Below are positions 53,123 to 64,000 of a stretch of 64,000 nt of DNA, piece by piece. Origin of the DNA: Lytechinus pictus (lineage: Eukaryota). The stretch covers positions 8,372,001 through 8,436,000 of the forward strand of contig NC_087249.1 in the NCBI RefSeq assembly GCF_037042905.1. Direction: 5' to 3'. The notes beneath the pieces were generated by a model. The model was not told the DNA's origin. It saw nothing but the letters and a program-made list of their open reading frames with translations, and did not search any database. A program made the position numbers and the translations under genes. Within the stretch, counting starts at the first letter, position 1, and each line of letters opens with the position of its first letter.

Positions 53123-54910
53123 CTTTTTTTTAAAGATGTTTTATTGTTTTTCTCTCAAATCAAATTTCATACAATGCAGTTAACAAAGTAACAATTGTAA
53201 ATAATAATTCAAATAAATTTCTTAAACTAGTATACATTATGCACATCATGAAATAATATTCTCAGACTGCATCGTACCACTACCAGATGAGTTTAACAAA
53301 CAAATATCAGAGAAAAAACTTATAAAAGTATATGCGTTGCACCTGCCCCCCCCCCTTCCCTCCACAAACCCCCACACTTCACACCCTCAAACATTTTTCG
53401 TACACCCTTGCATATGATGCCGCGTTCCGTCTGAAATAAGAAAACACCATAATGAACGAACATAATCTCGTGAGCTCTGTCGCCTCTATACTCTTGTAAG
53501 GAAATGTTCCCATTTCCTTATATGGTTTGATAATTTACCCCTTGTTACTGCTAAAATTTTCTCTTCACGTTCATTTTCTAATATCTTCTCTCTAATTTCG
53601 TTGGGACTTGGTGGTCTTTTAGTCCTGCTGTAAACAAAGATCAGATATTTTATTAAAAGAATAATGTGATTAATTATTTGTTCCTTCCCTATATTAGCAT
53701 GCTTAACACCAATTTGTATATCCACCCACCTGGCATTTTTTATTTCATACATATTGAATAAGTTACCGCAATCTATCCATAAGTCTCTCGTCTTTTCACA
53801 TGAGAAAAACAGATGCTCGTAAGTTTCTTCAGTATTCCCACAAAATGAACATTCACTATCTGAGAAAATTTTGAATAAATGTAAATATTTCTTCGTGTAT
53901 ATTAACTCATAAAGCATTTTAAATTGAAACTCTCTAAGCCTACTGCTTAGAGTACATTTTCTGGGTCTTGAAAATATAGCACATATATCTTTTTCGGAGA
54001 AATTATATGTCTTATATTATCAAACGCATACGATTTTTCCAATTTAATACTTAAAAGTGCCTTGTATATTTTATTAGATGTCACGTTTGGTAAACTGTTA
54101 ATCTTACCATTAAATATAAATTCTAGATTTAGACCAGTGTCTTCACAATTGTCTTTTTTCTTCAATAGGTGTTTCCATGTTGCTGGAATATTTTCAAAAA
54201 CTTTATAAACTTTATCTATTTCATTTCCATCTAAACCCATTTTCAGAAAGTCTCTTTGCTTCCACCATATAAATAATTTTTTTTATTTTACTTAGAATCT
54301 ATTTGTAATTAACATTTTCCTGAATTTCTACATCTAATGATAAAGTTATTCCTAATATTTTGATAGTTTCAACTAATTTACCAAATGGAACTTTAATATC
54401 TTTTGTAGAAAGAGGACCCAACGCTAATATAAATGTGTTTTCTTTATTCATTTTTAAGCCTGAAATCTTAGCAAAATCTCCAAATATTTTTCCGATTCTA
54501 TCAATAGATTGGGAGTCCCTCACAAAAAGTGTCATATCATCCGCATAGAGCGCTTGTTTGACTTCTACATTACCAAAGCTGATTCCGTGGATGGATTTAT
54601 CTTTACGAATGGTATTAGAAAGGACCTCGATACAAAGTATAAACAAATAAGGAGAGAGGGGATCCCCATGTCTCACACCTCTTTCAACACTAAAGTATCC
54701 TGTCGATATACCCCCATTAAATACGCAACTCAGGGCATTTTTGTATAATGTTTTGATCCAGCTGCAAAATGAGGACCCGAAGCCAAAATAACGTAAAACG
54801 TTTTGCAAAAAGATGTGCGAGACCGAATCAAACGCTTTTTCAAAATCTATTGCCATTAAGAAACCAGGTGCATTATTTTGTTGTGTGTAGTAAATCATAT
54901 CGTCAATCAA

Positions 54911-54912
<2 letters not shown>
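53123..54912 (-). mobile_element. 5'-truncated, internally deleted L1/Tx1-clade LINE
   Basis: RT motifs IDFEKAFDSV, GVRHGDPLSPYLF, YADD; C-terminal CSFC...ETYEHLFFSC; 3' UTR with AATAAA and short poly(A). Confidence 0.9.
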
Positions 54913-54941
<29 letters not shown>

Positions 54942-55120
54942 CAAGTGCACACCTAGTTACCAATAATGCATATAGCATTTACATTTATTTGAAAGCAGGA
55001 TAAAAGAGCATTGAAGATTAAATGCTTTGCTGACGGGCATAGGTGCCGCGGCCGGGGATCGTACCCGGGACTTTTTCATGTATAGCCAGGCGCCTTAGAC
55101 CACTCGGCCACGGCACCTCC
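54913..55120 (-). mobile_element. tRNA-derived SINE (different family) with poly(A) tail
   Basis: Reverse complement GGAGGTGCCGTGGCCGAGTGGTCTAAGGCG...GGTACGATCCCCGG; A-run at 54912-54938. Confidence 0.7.
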
Positions 55121-56856
55121 TAAATCTAATTGATCTAATACGATACGATACACTACACGAAGATAAACGATACTAGTTATAATCGCGATAAATCGAGACA
55201 TGAAAAAGTTAATAACGATAATGACATCATTCAAGATGGCAACTTGCAAGAAAAACCGTCAGGTCAGGTGAAAATGTCTTAGATGACAGATTTCTCAATC
55301 ATCCAGAGGATTTTTTTCAATAACTCCGGCCCAAGGTATGCAATTACTTAAGTTATTTATATTACCCTGATAATGGAAACCATGAAAATGTCAATTTTGC
55401 CTAAAAAACAGTTTTAAATCGCGATCTATAAAACGCTAGTTCACTATACGTTGGCTGTAGGTAGGGGCCCCCCTCCTCTTCAGTCTATGTATGGTGAGTG
55501 GAGCCAACGCAGTTCAGCGGAACAACCAAAATACAGAGACTGAAGCTTTTGGTCTACTCATTCCCTCCCTTTTGTCAATTCACAGTCCAAAGTTTGATGT
55601 AATTTTACACATCGAATTTACAATCTAAGGATGTATAAACAACAAACTTTTAAAACTTGATATTTCAATGTTTAAATACTTTAAACGATATAGATGAAAA
55701 AGGCATGAAAAATATACTTTACCGATGTTTAATTGGGTTGAACACGATAAAAATGGTCAAAATGGCAGCCAAACTATAAAATATTTACAAACGAACGTCA
55801 ACAATCACGAATGTGATATCGATATTGCTTTCGGTATTATACGATCTGCTCCATATGCGAACGAAACCGAAGATAAACGATACTAGTTATACTAGTACTA
55901 GTACTAGTTATAATCGCGATATATCGATTCGAGACATTAAGTTAATAACGATAATGACGTCATTCAAGATGGCAACTTGCAAGAAAAACCGTCAGGTCAG
56001 GTGAAAATGTCTTAGATGACAGATTTCTCAATCATCCAGAGGATTTTTTTCAATAACTCCGGCCCAAGGTATGCAATTACTTAAGTTATTTATATTTCCC
56101 TGATAATGGAAACCATGGCATGAAACTTTCAATTTTGCTTAAAGTTAAAAAACAGTTTTAAATCGCGATCTATAAAACGCTAGTTCACTATACGTTGGCT
56201 GTAGGTACGGGGCCCCATCCCCTTCAGTCTATGTATGGTGAGTGGAGCCAACGTAGTTCAGCGGAACAACCAAAATACAGAGACTGAAGCTTTTGGTCTA
56301 GGCGGTAGAGTGCGGCTTCGCGCTCGCCCAGCCCCAGCTCCTACCGATTCCCGGCCCGGCGCCGTCCGGCCACTCTCTCCCATAGCACTGTGTGCTGCGC
56401 CTACGGTTTGCATGCACGTCTTGGATTTGCAACTACTTGGTCCGTTTGTTGGAATAAAAGTACAGTACCTGTATACAAAACTAATCAAATCATAATGTAT
56501 TCTCACCTATTTCAGTTCAGTTTGCAGTACTAGGTAGGAAAATTATAACGTCATTACAAGAGAAATACCAGAAAATTGGAGTTAAAAACAGAATTCAGCT
56601 CATACATTAAGTCATTATGATTACCCAATGTGGTGAAATATGTGGTGCCTATGAGGAGACAAACAAAAAGGGAAAAAATTCATTGAGAGTCCACAGGCGA
56701 TGGAATTGGAAAATACCCATAAGACATGTCTTACACTCTAATGAAAAAGACACACTACTTAACAATGATTTTGAGCTGTTTCTGATGAAAATAACCCCCT
56801 AACCCTGTTACCCCCTATAAAATAAAAAAATGCTTGAAATATGACTCCCTAGTTAA

Positions 56857-57327
56857 AGGGGAAGTTCACCCTGAAAAAAAAGTTTGTTGTAAAAATAGCA
56901 GAAAGAAAAAACGATAAAAAATATTGGTGAAGGTTTGAGAACAAAGTTTTGGATTTGTGACGGTATAAACGAGCAGCTGCCCAATACGTTATGTAATATA
57001 AACTGCATAAATTTAAATTTTTGATGGTTCGTGATGATTTATTTTTGTTTTCTTTTCAGGAACGGGTGTGAAATGATTTGTCTATTGATATAATGAAGGT
57101 ACAGCTAGTAAAAGCCATTTTCAATTTTCTGAGTAAATGACATTTCATTGATTTGTTACCATATGATATGTATTGAAGCTGCTCGCATATGACGTCACAA
57201 ATCAAATAATTAAAATTCTAATAACTTTTTTATTCTTTGATGAATTTTTCTCAAACTTTCGGCAATTTTTTAAATCATTTTGTCTGCTATTTTTACAATA
57301 AACTTTTTGTCAGGGTGAAATCCCCCT
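56857..57327. mobile_element. TTAA-targeting MITE (Kolobok-like)
   Basis: TTAA|AGGGGAAGTTCACCCTGA ... TCAGGGTGAAATCCCCCT|TTAA. Confidence 0.85.
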
Positions 57328-57703
57328 TTAACATGTAATGAAACTACATAGCCACAGGCCTATATAACAATTCAGGATACATTTTGCAACTGACATCTTT
57401 ATTGAACTGAGACATATGAAAAAAAGCATATTAACAACCACAAAAGGCAAATAGGTATTATTTTTTTATTATATTTAGCATCATTATATGGAAAATTCAT
57501 CCGCTTGATGCGTTAATGAATCGTGTTGAAAAGTACCCCCATAACAAGTAACGCGTAGATGCGTGGTTGTGTTTCATTCAGACCATCCGAAAGACGTGAA
57601 AAGGCTCAAACTCGAACCTCTGCATCAACTTGAATTTGAAACTTCCTAAATTCAACGCAGAGTTGAATGCGTGTATTACGTGTCTGCATTAATGTATAAA
57701 AAT

Positions 57704-57839
57704 CAGAAGCGGATCTAGAGGGGGGGTTGGGGGGGTTGCAACCCCCCCAAAAAAAAAAATCCGGGGACCATTTTTTAAAAATCTTATCTTTTTTTTAAAC
57801 TTGTAATTTTATTTTATTCTATTTCTATGTATTTATTTC

Positions 57840-57873
<34 letters not shown>

Positions 57874-58047
57874 GAAAACGCCATTTTCACACACGTATTT
57901 TCAAAATTTTTCCCTACTGTGGGAGGGGGGACACCCCCCTCCCACACCCTCCCCCCTCGCTCGCTCCGCTCGCTTGGACTCGGTCGCTACGCTCCCTCGC
58001 ATACCACCCCAACCCCCCCCCTTTATAAAAAGCTGGATCCGCCCCTG
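57704..58047. mobile_element. hAT-like G/C-tract MITE
   Basis: Ends CAGAAGCGGATC / GATCCGCCCCTG; TSD degenerate. Confidence 0.6.
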
Positions 58048-58049
58048 AA

Positions 58050-58325
58050 AATAATATAGGATTTGTATAGCGCACGTATCCACCTTGCTAGGTGCTCAAG
58101 GCGCTTCTATATTTCCCCGGCTAAACTAGTCTACCGATTCTGGTGCGCACAGCTTTTTGAGGAATTACTTCCTGCCAGTACCCAGTTACCTCACCTGGGT
58201 CGAGTGCAGCACAGTGTGGATAGATTTCTTGCTGAAGGAAAACACGCCATGGCTAGGATTCGAACCCACGACCCTCGAGCTGTTTGAAAGGCAAGAGTCA
58301 GAATCACTAGACCACGACGCGCCCA
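58050..58325 (-). mobile_element. tRNA-derived SINE copy
   Basis: Reverse complement: GTGGTCTAGTG A-box-like, GGGTTCGAATCC B box, shared core and tail. Confidence 0.85.
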
Positions 58326-59150
58326 CGACAATGTATATAAGAGCGCCCCCCTCCCTCCCTCCCGATCACACCTTGTGAAAAATCTACGACCCCTTTCCAG
58401 GCCTTTCCTCGCCTTTCTCTACTTTATGACCCCCTCTCTTAGTCTCCCACCCCCACTCCCCCTCTCTCTCTCTCTCTTTAATCTTTAATTTATTGATTTA
58501 TTCTAAGAGTACATTCCTCAAAACTCACGATATTAAGTCAGCTCATCGTTCAGAATGAGGAACGTATATTGATGTTATTGTAATTTTTGTAAATATGACT
58601 TATATTGATTTTATTCAGGGCCGTAGTCTTTCGTGAGGGGCGTCCTTTTTCAAGCCTTTGTGCTTATGACTGTCCTCTCCCATGCAATGATTGTTTATTG
58701 TTATTTACCGTGTAATATTGTCAATATATTTTATGTTGTATGATTATTTTTTGCATGGAAATAAAGAATCAATCAATTAATAAATAAATTGTTTCCCTTA
58801 AAGGGGGGGGGGGGGTGAACCGTGTGTGATCTGTCATTGACTGTGTGTTATAAATACATAGTCTTAAAATATACGTTTTCAGATATCTAGCTACTAATAC
58901 TACAGAGAATAAATTGACCTATAATTGTATTTGTATAGAGAAACTAAAATATTTTGAGAGGAAAAGTAATTGTTTTGCTACATGGTAACATTATTATTGC
59001 GGTATAAATTATTGAGTAGTTAATAAGCATGTTGTCATTCAAGAAGAGGGTCTATATTACTAGACTAAAGAAGCATTATGGGTCAGAAAACTGGCCAGGT
59101 ATGAGTAGTTGAGGACTCGAGATGGCGCTATTGGTTCGTAGCTGCTTTAA

Positions 59151-59632
59151 AGGGATGCTCCAGGCTGAAAATAATATGATTTGAACAAATAAAGCAAAGT
59201 CAGACAAACAACACTGAAATAACAAAGTTATGGCATTTTAAAGATGTGCATTATTCCGAGGAACAGTTCTAGGCATGTCTTCATGAATATTCAATGAGCA
59301 AACTGATGATGTCATATCCCCCCTGTTTCTTTTGTATTTTGTTATAGTTAGGTTTGTTCAAATTTTTACCTTCAAGAAAAAAAACTTGGAATGACTACTA
59401 AAAAATGAAACAATTATGATTTCATGTAATAACATAAGAAAAGGGAAAGTGGGGATGCGACATCATCAGCCCACCGATCATGACGATGTGTATATAAGTG
59501 TTTTCATAATTTATTGCTAAATTTTAAAATTCAATAAGTTCCCTATTTGTTATCCGATTTTGACAAAAATTTTCAGCATTTTGCTTTGTGAAATTTTATT
59601 CTATTTATTTAGATATAAAGAGATTGGGTATC
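59151..59632. mobile_element. Diverged TTAA-targeting MITE
   Basis: ttaaagggatgctcc ... gggtatctttaa; interior similar to the 46735 element. Confidence 0.55.
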
Positions 59633-60046
59633 TTTAATTTAATACGGCTGATTTTACGCTCGTATGCTTCAAACATAAATACATCATCAATAAATCAAAT
59701 ATAATCCCCAAGTACTTGTTTTGTTGTTGTTTGAACATCTGGCTCTCAGTTTCCCTTTAAAAAAATCCGGGTATCCGTTTGTTTCTTTATACCTTACTTT
59801 CAAGAAAATAGACAAAGTAGAGTATACATCTAGATTCATGTATTAAAATCACAATCAAATGATTTATTTCCATTCAGAGAAAGTGACTCTCTCTTTCTCT
59901 TTCCATGTCTCCTTCATTCTCTCTACCTCTCATTCCCCTCTCTCTCCCTCTCTCTTCTTCATCTATCCCATCCTACATCTCCTTCTCTCTCTCTCTCCAT
60001 TTTTATTTTTCCTTCGTCCCCGTTAACCCTTGTGGTGCCAGGTTAA

Positions 60047-60206
60047 ACTGGCAAAGGTAAAAATGGCAGCGGTCAAAATGGCAGAGGTAATAATGGCAGA
60101 GGTAAAAAATGGCAGAGGTAATAATGGCAGAGGTCAAATTGGCAGATGTAAAAATGGCAAAGGTAAAAATGGTAGATATCGCAGAGGTAAAAATGGCAGA
60201 GGTAAA
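60047..60206. repeat. 15-bp minisatellite (GGCAGAGGTAAAAAT)n
   Basis: Visible directly in the sequence. Confidence 0.9.
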
Positions 60207-60502
60207 TATAGTGCACCATTTTCAACACTGACAATCATACATTCAAACATAGTGATCGTAAACGTGGAATGGGAGGGGTATCGCTTTTTATATTCAAAAT
60301 GATTTACATATCAAAATAATACATGATATTCTACTTGAAGGTATATAATTTTTATTCATAGAAATTATTGATGATAGCATTAACAAATACATTAGTCGGT
60401 GTAGTCTATAGACCACTAATGACACCACTCACATATTTTTCGATAAATTGGAATCCTGTCTTGAAACAATATCACACGAAAACAAGGATTTTTTATCTCA
60501 TG

Positions 60503-60681
60503 GGTGTGTGTGTGTGTATTTGAGTTTTGTCAGACGTGTATCAATCAGATATGATTATTTACGTCTGGACCGACCTTTAACGTCACCATCCGAAAGACGT
60601 AACCAGAGCTCGAACCTCTGCATCAATTTGTAAATTCCCCCACATAGCTTGGATTACAGGCGCACGCCACAATGCCCAGTT
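60503..60681 (-). mobile_element. Candidate 7SL-RNA-headed SINE with Deu/Nin-like core and (CA)n tail
   Basis: Reverse complement ACTGGGCATTGTGGCGTGCGCCTGTAATCCAAGCTATGTGGG...GGTTCGAGC...CGTCTTTCGGATGGTGACGTTAAA...ACACACACAC. Confidence 0.7.
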
Positions 60682-60969
60682 AGGGTGATTTTAACATAGA
60701 TATATCACTGCCTTACTCTCCTCTGGGCCAAAAGTTAATTAATTTGTTTTCATCATTTTCCTTTCAACCTCTCATAAATAAATCAACGTGGATAACAAGT
60801 ACACCACACACAATAATAGACAATATATTTTGCAATGCAATAATAACAACAGCAACGGAATAATTTACTACGACATTTCTGACCATCTACCAATCTTTTA
60901 GATATGCCGAGATATCAAACATTTACATAAACATCAAAATAAAGTATAAAAGTCACACGGCGAAAACAA

Positions 60970-63490
60970 ACTAAACATAACATAGAGTGTCTTAAAACTG
61001 ACTTGAGTGCAGGGAAGATGCTTTTAGAGAAGATAATGTTAACAGATCATATGATATATTTCAAAATAAACTTCAATAATATGACAAAGAATATACCTCT
61101 GACTAGAATCAAGCCAAGTAAAAAGAAGAATAAACAACCATGAATCACCCAAGGTATAATTAGAACAATATTCACTCGTAATCGATTATATAAGATATCG
61201 CTTAAAAATCTCCCACTCAAGAGCATGAAAACAAATCCAAAATAATATCGTAATAGATTAACATCAATAATCCGTTTAGCTCGTAAATCGTATTTTTCTA
61301 ACAAAATAGAAAACAACAAAGATGATAACAAAGCATTGTGGAACACAGTTAATGAAATGTTAGGTAAAAAACACATGATCTTAATAATGTTGGTTTTCTT
61401 CTACACGGGCATAAAACGCAAAATCCTTCTAAAATTGCTAATGCATTCAATTTTTTTTTCACCAATGTTGGCCCTAACATTGCATTTAAATAGTAACTAA
61501 TGCCAACGACTTTACACAATATTTATATAACCCGGGATATAACAATACCGAACATTCCTTATTTTTTAATTCCTCCAATATTGATTAAATTTTTCGATTT
61601 ATGAAATAGTTCGATCATTTAAACCTACTAAATCTAGTGGTCATGACGGTATCAGTGTACATTTAAACAAATAATTCATTATGTGGTTTTTCCCCTTTCA
61701 CATATTTTCAATTGATCTGTCACAAATGGAATTTTCCCGGATCAACTTAAAATTGCAAAAAATAATTCCCATATACAAAAAAATACCCTTGCCAAATTGC
61801 GAACTGCCGCCCTATTTCATTTTTACCAAGCATATCCAAAACACCTGAAAAACAATTTACAAGCGACTATATTCTTTTATGGACACAAATAAACTATAAA
61901 TTCCCAATCAATACGGTTTTAGGACAAATCACTCAACTGACTTTGTAATTATACAATTGAATGAATGAAGTACATTTATTTCTAACGATAAAAGCATCAA
62001 TACATTTTAAGGACTGTACTTGAATAGAACAATGGAGGTAGCAACTCAGAAAGTACAGCTTGTGATGAGTGCACCGTGACATAAACAATAGATACATAGT
62101 ACATGAACAAAAAACTTATCTAAACAGAGTACAATATAAAACAAGGGGAAAAACAAATGGGGGAGGGGGGACAGGGCAACTTTAAATAAATTACTAGCAT
62201 ATCATTTGAAGCAGAAAATAAATCGTCAAACCAATCATCCCACAACTAAACTATAAAGCAAATAACAGAATTTAGGACCAGATGTAAGTTTTTTCTTAAA
62301 GTTATTCAAAGTTGAAAAAAAAAACAGATTCACTTAAAAAAAAGAGCACACTGTCGGGGTTTTCATTGATCTGTCGAAAGCATTCGATACCATCGATCAT
62401 CATCATGTGGAAGCACCGTGGTGTAGCGGTTCTGACTCTCGCCTTGTAATCAGAGGGTCGTGTGTTCGAATCCCACCATGGCCTAGCGTCCTTTGGCAAG
62501 GCGTCAATCCACAATTTGCCACTCTCCACCCAGGTGTTAAATGGGTACCCGGTAGGATGCAAAAGCCTATGTAGTATGCCTAGCAATTGAGTCTTGGAAC
62601 TCTTGTTGGAATGCTCCCCAGGGAGTGGAGAAGGTGCATACATTGTATGCGGGCATGCAAGGATCCGATGACCGGGGTAATAATATATCTGTAAAGCGCT
62701 TAGAGACGTCGTTCCGATGTGTTAAGCGCTATATAAATGCGGAATATTATTATTATTATCATATACCATTGTATAAATTAATATGTTTTTTTAATATAAA
62801 TAAAAAGATTTGGAATCAGAGGTATTGTTTTATCATGGTTTAATAATTATTTATCCAACATACGTCAATCATCCCAAGTTCGTACCGTTAAGTGTGGAGT
62901 ACCACAGGGCTACATATTCGGCCCTTTGTTATTCTTAATTCATATGAATGATATAATCAATGCTTCACCCTTACTTATATATGTTCTCTTCGCAGATGAT
63001 ACCAATATATTCTTTCCACACAATAAGTTTGACATGCAGTAATGAATTAAATAAATTGTCCATGTGGTTTAAATCAAATAAACTCTCCTTAAACATTAAC
63101 AAAACAAATTTCATGTACTTTAAAGACATCAATTCTAAACATTTATTCTGTGGTTCCATTAATATTGATAACATCAATCTTGCTAAAAAACAAGAAACAA
63201 AATTCTTAGGTGTATTAATTGACTCTAATTTAACTTGGAATGGCCACATTCGTTATGTTAGCACGCTAGTTGCCAGAGGTATTGGCATACTATTTAAACT
63301 GAAATATTGTCTTTCTAAAAAGATCACTATTTATACTGTACAATTCTTTTATTTTGTCACATATATCATATTGCAATATATTGTGGGGTAATAGCAACAA
63401 ACGAAAATAGACTCAATTCTACGACTCCAAAAGAAAGCACTCCGCTTTTTTTTTTAGCACATACTGATCCTATTTTTTGAAACCTTAAAG
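60970..63490 (+). mobile_element. Decayed CR1/L2-group LINE ORF2
   Basis: Frameshifted motifs PWITQGI, FPDQLKIAK, QYGFR, GVFIDLSKAFDTIDH, GVPQGYIFGPLLFL, LFADDT, KFLGVLIDSNLTW; interrupted at ~61960-62290 and by a SINE. Confidence 0.85.
62409..62759 (+). mobile_element. Full-length tRNA-derived SINE inserted in the LINE RT region
   Basis: A box TGGTGTAGCGG, B box GTTCGAATCC, core ccactctccacccaggtg...aatgggtacc, tail aagcgctatataaatgc followed by (TAT)n. Confidence 0.9.
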
Positions 63491-64000
63491 CATTAATATA
63501 CAGGCGTCCATTCCTCCGTTTAGTCACTTGCGCCTATATACAAATACCCATTTGGTATGCATCTTCTTTGTGAAAACTGGCCCATATTGCTGTTGTCTGT
63601 CAGAAAATCGCTAAGAAATAATGGGATTTGATTTTTTTAAAGAAAACTATTCTATATTTTTTATAGGATAGTTTTGTTTTTTCATGGGGGGGGGGGTGTC
63701 CAAATATCCTGAAGAAAGGGACTTCAATTTTTTCTCAATTTTTGGCACAAAATAACAGACCTTAATACAGTATTTTTATGAACTTTGTATCATTAGACCC
63801 AATTCGTTTTCAATTCCTGAGCTCCATATATTATATATAAAAAAAGCTAGACAGAATCATTTTTTCTCAGAAATACTGCAGAACACTTTCAACATGAGGA
63901 CCGTCATTAGAAGGCAGGCTACCAGGCTCATCCCTCCTAGTGTCCAATAAACAACCTTCACGCTTCCTGAAGCATCTTGAACGTAACCTACCACATTAGA

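Larger units (their letters stand above)
50130..55556 (+). mobile_element. TAGAC...GTCTA element, family B (inner copy) carrying ~4.6 kb of secondary insertions
   Basis: Perfect 9-bp TSD CTCATTCCC at 50121-50129 and 55557-55565. Confidence 0.9.
50014..56300 (+). mobile_element. TAGAC...GTCTA element, family B (outer copy, ~860 bp once inserts are removed)
   Basis: Perfect 9-bp TSD GGCGGTAGA at 50005-50013 and 56301-56309; right ~65 bp shared with family A. Confidence 0.9.

Noticed and set aside
55158..56300. Apparent tandem duplication of an EFL1 promoter
   Set aside because: Fully explained by nested transposon copies with perfect 9-bp TSDs.
48223..56851. Possible large TAGGG...CCCTA element enclosing the nest
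   Set aside because: Only an 8/9-bp inverted match and no convincing TSD (gttgatac vs gttaacat after removing the TTAA MITE).
60640..60681. Human Alu contamination or a true 7SL gene
   Set aside because: Similarity stops after ~42 nt. There is no S domain or Alu dimer, and it is joined to a body that recurs at 57582.
62409..62482. tRNA gene
   Set aside because: The tRNA-like head runs into a SINE core and tail, with several diverged copies in the window and no poly-T terminator.

Overview
AT-rich, repeat-dense animal genomic DNA; the repeat repertoire suggests an invertebrate deuterostome, probably a sea urchin (inference). Two host genes can be assembled by hand. (1) A + strand carbohydrate sulfotransferase of the Sulfotransfer_2/CHST11-like family, with exons 2250-2346, 3408-3478 and 5925-6776; the expected acceptor of its last intron reads CAA, not CAG. 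(2) A complete - strand EFL1 (EF2-like ribosome-maturation GTPase) with 18 coding exons from 44570 to 18670, 3663 nt / 1220 aa, all phases consistent. EFL1 contains a U12-type intron (32201-32787) and a GC/GT tandem donor. The remainder is transposon-derived: several TAG...CTA non-autonomous DNA elements with 9-bp or 3-bp TSDs (Academ-like, twice nested inside their own family), hAT, mariner, Kolobok-like and Harbinger-like MITEs, a 2.8-kb foldback palindrome in a multi-level nest, a decayed Helitron helicase, L1/Tx1 and CR1-group LINE relics, and tRNA-SINEs. The most novel-looking item is a short element at 60503-60681 (-) with a 7SL/Alu-like head, a B box, a Deu/Nin-like core and a (CA)n tail, i.e. 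a candidate 7SL-derived SINE in an invertebrate.
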